DNA of 64,000 nucleotides from Minisyncoccia bacterium. Lineage in GTDB: Bacteria > Patescibacteriota > Minisyncoccia > Phycocordibacterales > UBA5272. Of the stretch, positions 56,404-64,000 are shown one piece after another. The notes beneath the pieces were generated by a model. That model saw only the letters and a list, made by a program, of their open reading frames with translations, was not told the DNA's origin and searched no databases. The translations under genes were made by a program, and so were the position numbers. Numbering within the stretch: the stretch's first letter is position 1; every line of letters starts with the position of its first letter. The stretch covers positions 65,064-129,063 of the forward strand of contig JBBSJU010000002.1 of NCBI GenBank assembly GCA_038256975.1. Reading direction: 5' to 3'.

Positions 56404-57459
56404 TTATTGATTTATCAATTCCTCCAGTGTTTCCGACACATTTACTAGACCTCCTTTTTTAATGTTATTCACAACACTGTGAATAATAGCACCGCCAAGT
56501 AAGCAGAGTGTCTTTTCTATTTCAATGGGTGTAAGTTCGTATTTGTTGCCTTTAAAAGTAATTGGAAATCCATTATTTACGAAAGTTATGTTTTTATACA
56601 AAACATCTTTATGAATTTCATCACCAGTACGAAATGGTGACACAGAGAATTCTCTGTCAGAAGAAGAAACGCTTATCAAGTATATATTTTTATTAGAGAT
56701 AAGTTTATAGATTTCCTCTTTTGATAATATATTTGATCCGGTGGCACCAACTATAACATCGGGTTCTTTATCTAAAATAAAAGAAATAAGTTCTTTGTGT
56801 CCTTGTTTTGTATCAAAACCAACAACGTTAAAATTATTTTGTTTGAAAATCTCAAAAATTGCTTCTCCAATAGGCCCAAGACCGACAATTAGTATTGCTG
56901 GCTTATAAACTTTCTCTGATAAGTAATCATTTATCCTTTCAAAACACAATCGAGCAATAAGCGGACTTTCTTGAATTAATTTTATTGATGATCTGGCAAC
57001 ATTTATGACAGGAAATGAAGGTTGACTATTCTCAAGTTTTCTGAAACCAGAAGATGTCTGTTCAACGGCAAAAAGTATATTCTCTCTTTCTTGAAATACT
57101 TTTATAAGTTCTGCACCATCATCAAGTAAAATAACTTCTGCTTTTTCTGGTATTACTTTTAATAAATTTTCACAGTTATTCCTGTGTTCTTCATCAAAAG
57201 AGGATCCTAGAAACTTTGGCTGTATAACAGTTACACCTATTTTTTCGATCTCTTTTACTACATTTTTGTTCGTAGAATATGCCTTACCGAGAAGAATTAT
57301 TTTTGTAGGTTCAAATCCAAAATCAATAAGTAATTCAAACATTTTCAACTGTGGTCCAAGAATGTGCTGACAACAAACAAGATAGACATTAGATATATCC
57401 TTCTGATGATTTTTGAAATGTTTAAAAACTTTATTTAATAATGGATATTGATAACTCAT
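56404..57459 (-). CDS. divergent S-adenosylhomocysteine hydrolase-like NAD-binding protein, AT-rich
   Basis: LDDGAEL, EQTSSG, PVINVA.S..K, VGLGPIG, GATG. Confidence 0.6.
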   Translation of the reverse strand: MSYQYPLLNKVFKHFKNHQKDISNVYLVCCQHILGPQLKMFELLIDFGFEPTKIILLGKAYSTNKNVVKEIEKIGVTVIQPKFLGSSFDEEHRNNCENLLKVIPEKAEVILLDDGAELIKVFQERENILFAVEQTSSGFRKLENSQPSFPVINVARSSIKLIQESPLIARLCFERINDYLSEKVYKPAILIVGLGPIGEAIFEIFKQNNFNVVGFDTKQGHKELISFILDKEPDVIVGATGSNILSKEEIYKLISNKNIYLISVSSSDREFSVSPFRTGDEIHKDVLYKNITFVNNGFPITFKGNKYELTPIEIEKTLCLLGGAIIHSVVNNIKKGGLVNVSETLEELINQ

Positions 57460-57472
57460 ATAATCCCATATT

Positions 57473-59749
57473 CTATTTCGCGTATGCGTTTGCTTCGTCG
57501 AGTTTTACTGAAAGAATACGTGAAGATCCGTCAGCATCAAGGGTTACGCCATAGAGTGAGTGCGTGCGGGCCATTGTTTCTCGATTATGAGTGATCACAA
57601 TGAGTTTTGAATGTGCACTGAGCTCATTTAACACTGCGCCGTATTTCTTAGCGTTTGACTCATCAAGTGCGGCATCTGTTTCATCGAGAATCAAAAATGG
57701 TGGCGGATTTACCTGAGAAAGTGCAAAGAGAAGTGCAATTGAGGCGAGCGCCCTTTCTCCACCGGAGAGCATGGCAATATCTTTCACTTTTTTATGAGGA
57801 AGCGACACAGTCACATCAATGCCAGTTTCTGTTTCCTTTTCTGCATCATCTACATCTTCTTCCGTGTCAGATTTTCTTTGACGTTTTTCTTTCTCAATCA
57901 AATCAAGCTTTGCTTCCCCGCCTCCAAACATAGTGTGGAAGAATTTTTGGAAATGATTGTTAATAGTTGCGAGACCTGTTTCAAATTGTGTCGCCAGAGT
58001 TGTGCGGAGTTCCTCCATGACTTGCTCTAGTTTTTCTTTACTTGTTTCAAGGTCTCGGATTTCGTTTGATAAAAATTCATCACGCCCACTTACTGATTCA
58101 TATTCTTTTGTCACCTCGTCAACATTCACGAAGCCAATGTCTTCAATGCGAAGTTTGAGACGTTCGATCTTTTTTCGGTGTTCGTCTTGTGTGTGAGGGT
58201 CAAAAGGGGTAAGGGTGGTGTTTTTGTATTGTAAAACAGATGCTCCAATGAGTACGGACGCTTCGGCAAGCTCAGCTTCAAAGCGTTCTTTTCGTTCGCG
58301 GAGCTGGGTTATTTTGAGCTCTGTAAGAGAAAGTTTTCCTTGGAGTTCTGCTTGTAGACGTTCAAGTTCAAAAACTCGACGTTCGTCTACGAAAGCATTT
58401 TCTTTGTACGAATCTTTTGCTTCCTCTGCTTGTTTCTTTTGTGCGAGTGCTTTTTCAAGCTCATGCGTGATACGTGTTTGGTCTTCAGTGGCCACACGTA
58501 AGTCTTCTTTGAGTTTTTGGACGGAAAGAAGTAGTTCCTTAGTGTCTACTTTTTGAACAGCAGATTGTGTATGTGGAGCATTCTCTAAGAAAGACTCAAA
58601 AGAATGAAGACGTGCTTTGAGTAAGTTGAAAAGCGCAGGAAGCTCTTGAAACTCTTTGTGTTCATAACGCCAAATAACCTTTTCGTGTATTTCTTTAATA
58701 GATGAAGCAAATTCCGCAACTTCTTTTTTTGAAACGTGCCCATCTTCGCTCAGTTGTATTTTCTCCGCTTCCCCACTGTGTGTTTTTTCGATATTTTTTT
58801 CTAAAATACGAAGCTCTGTTTCAAGCGAAATAACAGAACGAATAATGATATTTTTTTCCTGTTCATATTTTCTAATTGCTTCCTCAGCCCGAACTAAGTT
58901 CGTAGTTATTTCTGTTGGAAGCGCTACCTGTTTTTTGTTCGTATGTTCGGTGATTTCTTGAGTGATTTTTCCGAGCTCTTTTTTAAGACCCTCAAATGTG
59001 TGCGGCTCTTTAGACTCTAGATCATGAATATACGCTTCTTCTTGTGCGAGATAGGTGTGATAGAGACCCGAAAGCTCACTCCGAAGCTCTGTCCCCTTTT
59101 GAACTTTATCAATTTGTTTTTTGAGAAATTGTACGTGCGGGGCTATTTCACGGCGACTTATTTGTGCCTCGCGCATGTTTTCAAGAACTGTCGCAAGCTT
59201 TTTTTCGCTTTCTTTGAGACGCCACTCGTAGATACGCAGACCAAGCGCGTCCTGAACCATTTCCTTACGCTCTTTTACCGATGAGTGCAGTACCCTGTCG
59301 GCTTCGCCTTGAGAAATAATGTGGTGATGGGATGTGCCAATGTTGTTATGTGCAAGGAGTTCCTGAATGTCCTTCAAGCGCACTTTCGTACCATTGATTG
59401 AGTAGTCGTTTGTTCCATCAGCAAATATTTCTCGCCCGAGCACTATTTCAGGAAAAGATGCATAGGTAGAATCGTTTGTGTCTTGAGCATTATTTTTGAA
59501 GGTAAGATCGACTCTCGCGCGTGACATCTGCCCTAGACCTTTAGAGCCTTTAAAGATGAGGTCACTGCCTGTTTTTCCACGCATTGATTTAACTGATTGC
59601 TCGCCAAGTACAAACCGAAATGCTTCAGCAACGTTTGATTTACCCGATCCGTTTGGACCCACGATTCCTGTCACCGAACTATCAATACGAAATGTCGTTT
59701 TTTTTGCAAACGATTTAAATCCAGTGAGTTCTATTTTCGTGAGTTCCAT
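57473..59749 (-). CDS. smc: SMC-family chromosome segregation ATPase (short)
   Basis: GFKSF, GPNGSGKSN, ISQG, LSGGE, LDETDAALD, ITH. Confidence 0.88.
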   Translation of the reverse strand: MELTKIELTGFKSFAKKTTFRIDSSVTGIVGPNGSGKSNVAEAFRFVLGEQSVKSMRGKTGSDLIFKGSKGLGQMSRARVDLTFKNNAQDTNDSTYASFPEIVLGREIFADGTNDYSINGTKVRLKDIQELLAHNNIGTSHHHIISQGEADRVLHSSVKERKEMVQDALGLRIYEWRLKESEKKLATVLENMREAQISRREIAPHVQFLKKQIDKVQKGTELRSELSGLYHTYLAQEEAYIHDLESKEPHTFEGLKKELGKITQEITEHTNKKQVALPTEITTNLVRAEEAIRKYEQEKNIIIRSVISLETELRILEKNIEKTHSGEAEKIQLSEDGHVSKKEVAEFASSIKEIHEKVIWRYEHKEFQELPALFNLLKARLHSFESFLENAPHTQSAVQKVDTKELLLSVQKLKEDLRVATEDQTRITHELEKALAQKKQAEEAKDSYKENAFVDERRVFELERLQAELQGKLSLTELKITQLRERKERFEAELAEASVLIGASVLQYKNTTLTPFDPHTQDEHRKKIERLKLRIEDIGFVNVDEVTKEYESVSGRDEFLSNEIRDLETSKEKLEQVMEELRTTLATQFETGLATINNHFQKFFHTMFGGGEAKLDLIEKEKRQRKSDTEEDVDDAEKETETGIDVTVSLPHKKVKDIAMLSGGERALASIALLFALSQVNPPPFLILDETDAALDESNAKKYGAVLNELSAHSKLIVITHNRETMARTHSLYGVTLDADGSSRILSVKLDEANAYAK

Positions 59750-59761
59750 GATCAATCTTGG

Positions 59762-60343
59762 TTACATTGTATCAAAAGTACCCCTTTTGTTTTTAATAAA
59801 GAGCATAAGGATAATAACAAGCAAAAGTGTTGTGATTGCCATGAATGGAATTGTGATGAATCCATACTCAAGAATTTCTGTTTGGCTACACGAAGGAAGA
59901 ATTGCATTTGCGCTGCAAGGCACAAGTCCGTCTGCTGTACTTTGAGAACCATACATTGCAATCATGTGGATTATCCAGTGGTATATAGAGACAAGGAGTC
60001 CTGCACTTGCAAGTAGGATAATATACGGTTTAATCAGTTTTTCTTTTCGCCACGCAGCAACACCCAGAAGTAAAATCATTGGATATATTGCAATTCTTTG
60101 ATACCAACAAAAATCACATACCGCAAAAAGATAAAGGTTTGAATACGTAAGTGCGCCAAAGGTGGCAAAGAGACTGATAAGAAAAGCAAAAACAAGCGCA
60201 TTCTCATTCAATTGTGCCCGTACCCATTCGGTATACGGTAATACGTAGCTAAAGCGGAAGATAAAAAGGATAACAATAAGTGGAATGGACAAGAGTACTA
60301 AAGTACTCACAATGTCAGTAAATAACGCTTCAGGCATATGCAT
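59762..60343 (-). CDS. disulfide bond formation protein (DsbB/BdbC)
   Basis: CDFCWYQR, second Cys pair, TIPFMA. Confidence 0.85.
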   Translation of the reverse strand: MHMPEALFTDIVSTLVLLSIPLIVILFIFRFSYVLPYTEWVRAQLNENALVFAFLISLFATFGALTYSNLYLFAVCDFCWYQRIAIYPMILLLGVAAWRKEKLIKPYIILLASAGLLVSIYHWIIHMIAMYGSQSTADGLVPCSANAILPSCSQTEILEYGFITIPFMAITTLLLVIILMLFIKNKRGTFDTM

Positions 60344-60403
60344 GAAGTATACCGCTATAATGCAAAAATTTACAGCGGGAACTTTTTCCAGTATAAAGAA
60401 ATT

Positions 60404-61165
60404 ATGAAAATAGGATTTGTTGGAAAAGGTGGCAGTGGAAAGTCGACCCTCTCGACCCTTTTTGTGAAGTACCTTGAGCAATCTGGGAAAAAGGTTCTAG
60501 CTATAGACGCTGACTACAACATGGACCTCACTAATAATCTCAAAGGTCCAAAAGAGATGTGTTTTATTGGTGCAGGAATGCCGGACGTCTTGGCGCACAT
60601 AGAAAAAGGATACAACACTGCTCATGTGCATGGTCCGGAGTGTAAACATGAACACGAATTACTTGTGAGTCCTGAGTTCGCACTTTCTCCTCTTGATGCT
60701 GTATCTGAAAAGTATTCTTTTCCAGTAAGTGAGCATGTGCGTCTTATGAGTGCGGGGCCTATTACCAAGGCTATGCTTCAGTCGCAAAATTGTAATCATG
60801 AGCTTATTGAAGCACTCAAAGTATATCTTCCCTTTTTGAAATTACAAGAAAATGAGTTCGCTGTTATTGACGAGCGTGCCGGTATTGATGGTTTAAGTAC
60901 AGGAGTAACAAGTGGTTTTGATGTTGCAATTGTAGTTGTTGAGGCCACAGAAAACAGTATGCGAGTGGGAAAACAGATTATTGATCTCCTTGAATTTTTT
61001 GGCACCAAGTATTTATTTGTTCTGAATAAAGTTGTTGATGAAGCGAAAGAGGTGGATATGTTTATAGATTTTTACAAAAATGTTCCCGACATTATTGTGC
61101 CGTTTGAACGCGAACCAGGACTTACTTTTGCGGAAAAGATTTTAGAGAAAGTTAGACGAGAATAA
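60404..61165 (+). CDS. CooC/MinD-like P-loop ATPase
   Basis: MKIGFVGKGGSGKST, LAIDAD, D..AG, VLNK. Confidence 0.8.
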   Translation: MKIGFVGKGGSGKSTLSTLFVKYLEQSGKKVLAIDADYNMDLTNNLKGPKEMCFIGAGMPDVLAHIEKGYNTAHVHGPECKHEHELLVSPEFALSPLDAVSEKYSFPVSEHVRLMSAGPITKAMLQSQNCNHELIEALKVYLPFLKLQENEFAVIDERAGIDGLSTGVTSGFDVAIVVVEATENSMRVGKQIIDLLEFFGTKYLFVLNKVVDEAKEVDMFIDFYKNVPDIIVPFEREPGLTFAEKILEKVRRE

Positions 61166-61247
61166 AAGGAGTACATAATTGACACAGCGATATATTGTGT
61201 TATAGTGTCTTTTATCCGCAATGACGCGGTGTAAAGAGGTCTTTCCA

Positions 61248-61463
61248 ATGAAAACTTTCAGTAAAATTTTCGTGGTTGCCGGGCTGTTTGCTCTTACTTT
61301 CATCCTGGTTTCCAGTGGTTACGCAATTGTTTCCGACCGTAGTTTTTTCGCCGCTGCTGGCACAGTTGCCCTCTGGCTGTTCACAGCTCTGGCTTTCTTG
61401 ACCCTCTTTTTTTCCACCTGGCTGACAACCACAGACGGTCGCCGCGCCGCTTTGGGGCTGTAG
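61248..61463 (+). CDS. small two-TM hypothetical protein
   Basis: GAGG SD; TTGACA-17-TATAGT promoter at 61179. Confidence 0.6.
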   Translation: MKTFSKIFVVAGLFALTFILVSSGYAIVSDRSFFAAAGTVALWLFTALAFLTLFFSTWLTTTDGRRAALGL

Positions 61464-61465
61464 CC

Positions 61466-61858
61466 ATGGACGATTACATCGGGCGTCTTATGGAAGCCAA
61501 AAGTTCACACGAGACTCAGAGTGTTCTGGTTTACATCACCACTTCCGGTGATGTAAATGATCCAGACCTCCTGTTCAACGCCCTTCTCTTTGGTTTTCGA
61601 CTTCGTGAAAACCAAAAGCGTGGTGCAAACAAAATGTTGATCATGCCTGAAAAAGTATTGATTAACCTCGGTTGTAAGATAATTGAAAAGACGCAGTCAC
61701 CTTTTCACCTTGTGGATCTTATGGAAAAGGTCCCGATCCTACAGGATCTGGTGGTTGATAAGTTTAAAAAGGTCATACCTTTCACGAGTCAGTTCGTGAA
61801 GGAAATGATTTTGGAAAATCGACACCTTCGGCCAGAGCTAAAAAGGATGTTCAGGTAG
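61466..61858 (+). CDS. hypothetical protein
   Basis: Starts 2 nt after the upstream ORF; terminator about 61870-61905. Confidence 0.6.
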   Translation: MDDYIGRLMEAKSSHETQSVLVYITTSGDVNDPDLLFNALLFGFRLRENQKRGANKMLIMPEKVLINLGCKIIEKTQSPFHLVDLMEKVPILQDLVVDKFKKVIPFTSQFVKEMILENRHLRPELKRMFR

Positions 61859-61940
61859 GTGCCTTCCGCCCCCAACACAAGGATGTGTGGTTTGGGGGTT
61901 TTTTGTAATTAAAATAATCAGATATAATAAACATGACGAT

Positions 61941-62021
61941 ATGAATACAAACCTCAGACTCGCTACCTCCTTAATAGTTGTTACTTCTGCACTTTACGGC
62001 GTGTACATATTTATTCAGTAA
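61941..62021 (+). CDS. possible 26-aa single-TM peptide
   Basis: MNTNLRLATSLIVVTSALYGVYIFIQ after TATAAT at 61923. Confidence 0.3.
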   Translation: MNTNLRLATSLIVVTSALYGVYIFIQ

Positions 62022-62097
62022 TTTTTTAGTCGATTTCCTTCCAGGATTTTTTTAAAGGTGTACAATAGTAGTAGGCGGTTTCGCCTTCATAATATAT

Positions 62098-62532
62098 ATG
62101 TCTTATTTAGCGCGTTTTCATAATAAAAGTACAGGACTTCTTCTTATCCGAATAGCTCTTGGACTTGTGTTTGTGTATCATGGATGGGGAAAGGTATCTG
62201 ATATGTCTATGACTATCGGATTTTTCGGATCTCTTGGGCTTGCGCCAATTTGGGCGTACGTAACAGCTTGGGTAGAGCTCCTCGGCGGACTCCTCATGCT
62301 TGCGGGCGTTTGGGTGCGTGAAGTAGCAGTTCTTTTTGTTATTGTAATGCTTGTTGCTATTTTCAAAGTTCACTTGGCAAATGGTTTTAACTTTATGCAG
62401 GGTGGGTATGAATTTCAACTAGTTCTCCTTCTTGCCTCACTTGCGATGGTGTTTACAGGTGCTGGAAAGTACGCCTTTTTGAAAAGCAAATCGTGTCCAA
62501 ACTGCAAAGACGGTGTGTGCATGTGTAAGTAG
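62098..62532 (+). CDS. DoxX family membrane protein
   Basis: LLLIRIALG.VF..HG..K, ELLGG, GGYEF, GAGKY. Confidence 0.9.
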   Translation: MSYLARFHNKSTGLLLIRIALGLVFVYHGWGKVSDMSMTIGFFGSLGLAPIWAYVTAWVELLGGLLMLAGVWVREVAVLFVIVMLVAIFKVHLANGFNFMQGGYEFQLVLLLASLAMVFTGAGKYAFLKSKSCPNCKDGVCMCK

Positions 62533-62593
62533 TTTTTCAAGTAGTGTAAAAAATAAAATCCGCAAGCAGCGGATTTTATTTTTTTAACTTACT

Positions 62594-63388
62594 CTACTTT
62601 GAAAACCAGGGAACGAAAGCGTTTGTTTTTCGTGTATACGTTTGATATTCAGAATTATTTCTATATTTTGCTTCAAGCATTGGTACACCTGAGACAAATC
62701 GTAAAAGAAAGGTAATGAGAATAGGACTTAAAAATACAATTGGCCAATACACAATACCCACTACCATGAGTGCCATTCCCCACCAAATGAGTGACTCCCC
62801 AAAGTAGTTTGGATGACGAGAATATTTCCAAAGTCCGGACTGCAGTATTGTTTCATTATCCTTTCTGTATTTCAAGAAAGTATCAAGCTCTTCATCACTA
62901 CGGGCTTCGAAGTAAAATCCAAGACAGAAAATAAAAAGTCCAAAAAGATTCAGCAATGAGAAAGATTCCGAAGAAAGCGTATTTGCAAAGATAATAGGAA
63001 GTCCTACTATACCGATGATAATTCCCTGGAGAAGATATATCTGCAAAATACTTCGAATATGAAAATAAAGTTTCCCGTATTTTGTCCAGGCATTTCTCCA
63101 CGTTTGATAGCGAAAATCTTCACCCTTATGTCTGTTACGTCGATAGATGCGAATAGAAAGCCGACTTCCCCACACTATCGTACAGAGTGTGATGATACTT
63201 GCGCGTAAATCTTGTGGAATATCTGAGCAAAAGTAGGTATATGTTGCGAGTGCAATAAAGCCTATTCCATAAGCAACATCCATAACAGAATTATCTTTCT
63301 TTGTGAGTGCGTAGAGCCATGTAGCTACGAGTACCACAGCTACGGCTTTCATTGAAAAAAGTACAATTTGAAGAAGTTCTATTTGCAT
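62594..63388 (-). CDS. DUF1295 / steroid 5-alpha reductase family membrane protein
   Basis: GEDFRY, GLWKYSRHPNYFGE, SGVPMLE, Y...TNAFVPW. Confidence 0.9.
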   Translation of the reverse strand: MQIELLQIVLFSMKAVAVVLVATWLYALTKKDNSVMDVAYGIGFIALATYTYFCSDIPQDLRASIITLCTIVWGSRLSIRIYRRNRHKGEDFRYQTWRNAWTKYGKLYFHIRSILQIYLLQGIIIGIVGLPIIFANTLSSESFSLLNLFGLFIFCLGFYFEARSDEELDTFLKYRKDNETILQSGLWKYSRHPNYFGESLIWWGMALMVVGIVYWPIVFLSPILITFLLRFVSGVPMLEAKYRNNSEYQTYTRKTNAFVPWFSK

Positions 63389-63579
63389 GAATATATTTTA
63401 TCACGTACGGAAAGAAATTATTGTATTTATGGTGAGAAAACCACAAAAATACATTTAAATGCCAACATAAAATTATGGAATAGGTACATTGACAAATATA
63501 CTAAATATGATATAATGCAAACAAGGCTAAAGAAAGCCTCGATCGTTGAAAACCCACATCAACTCGCGCCCGGAGGCGC

Positions 63580-64000
63580 ATGAAAATGACGACTTACAAG
63601 TATGAAGATGAGCATTGGAAAGCAGGTTGCAGTGTACTCTTTATGCATCTCGCAATCATCATCGTGGGCACCGCTATCCCCGTTTTGTGGTTTAGCTTGG
63701 ACGGCGACCTCTGCTTTCTGATTTCTATTGTGGGAGCACTTATACACTTTGTGATGAGAAGGAAGGAATTTCGTTTCGAAGTTCCTGAAAATTCCTCCTA
63801 TCTTGTGACATGGGACGAGAAGCTTTATGCTGCTGGTCCTGGGGTCTGGTGGAAAAGCATGGGTGCTGATGTCAAGGAAGACAATAAATTTTCGAAGGAA
63901 CGGAAACTGACTACTGGAAATGACACTATTCCTTGTAAGGATGGTGCACGTATTGAAGCAAAATACGGTATTCAGTGGTCTACGGTCGATGCAGCGATTT
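63580..64000 (+). CDS. SPFH/band-7-like membrane protein (3' truncated)
   Basis: GGAGG SD, TTGACA/TATAAT promoter; two TM helices then VPE..., GPG, CKDG..I...IQW...D pattern; frame open to window end. Confidence 0.55.
   Translation, partial: MKMTTYKYEDEHWKAGCSVLFMHLAIIIVGTAIPVLWFSLDGDLCFLISIVGALIHFVMRRKEFRFEVPENSSYLVTWDEKLYAAGPGVWWKSMGADVKEDNKFSKERKLTTGNDTIPCKDGARIEAKYGIQWSTVDAAI

Noticed and set aside
43760-60481. Extended N-termini in the ORF track (43760, 49967, 52354, 54079, 60338, 60481; likewise 9150 and 10792)
   Set aside because: Extensions overlap neighbours or promoters, and family motifs begin at downstream ATGs
51982-62586. Similar hairpins aaaatcc(c)gcaagc(t/a)gcgg(g)atttt at 51982 and about 62556 as a mobile repeat
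   Set aside because: Short, and both sit between convergent genes; adequately explained as bidirectional terminators
1-64000. CRISPR array, cas genes, integrase, transposase, prophage, rRNA
   Set aside because: No regularly spaced repeats and no such protein or rRNA motifs recognised
1-64000. TGA-to-Gly recoding (code 25)
   Set aside because: Core genes translate full length under code 11, and TGA ends genes such as rpiB and tspO

Overview
A 64-kb chromosomal segment of a low-GC, reduced-genome bacterium. Gene content and style point to Patescibacteria/CPR, probably Parcubacteria; this is an inference. The signs are near-leaderless housekeeping genes, a split transketolase, a short SMC, a short RelA/SpoT and a PIF1-like helicase, with the standard code and TGA as stop. 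Most of the window is housekeeping: tgt, murB, tsaD, ftsZ/ftsA, hisS, lepB, pth, rpsA, parB, gatB, gap-rpiB-rpe-tkt, rel, topA, dnaB, recR, rplU, trmD, rpsP, rnr, smc and four tRNAs. Small accessory units are scattered between these genes. The least explained features are: (1) three tandem ORF-free transcription units at 47188-48066, each with its own promoter, closing stem, shared junction motif and terminator (candidate ncRNA array); (2) a roughly 200-nt rod-like RNA upstream of murB (6S-like candidate); (3) a DUF5343 + Swt1-type HEPN gene pair downstream of tRNA-Glu, next to a cyclodipeptide synthase homologue; (4) a tRNA-Ser with anticodon ACT, followed by stacked tRNA-3'-end repeat elements carrying cargo genes; (5) a Phd/Doc-like module bracketed by dif-like 11-6-11 sites; (6) a repeated 3'-UTR element with a conserved core but unrelated terminal stems; (7) ybeY broken by two stops inside its zinc motif; (8) orphan cassettes with Shine-Dalgarno and boxA-like leaders, including an outer-membrane-type beta-barrel. 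An alternative-oxidase-like di-iron protein is also present. All calls come from visual motif recognition; no searches or folding programs were run.
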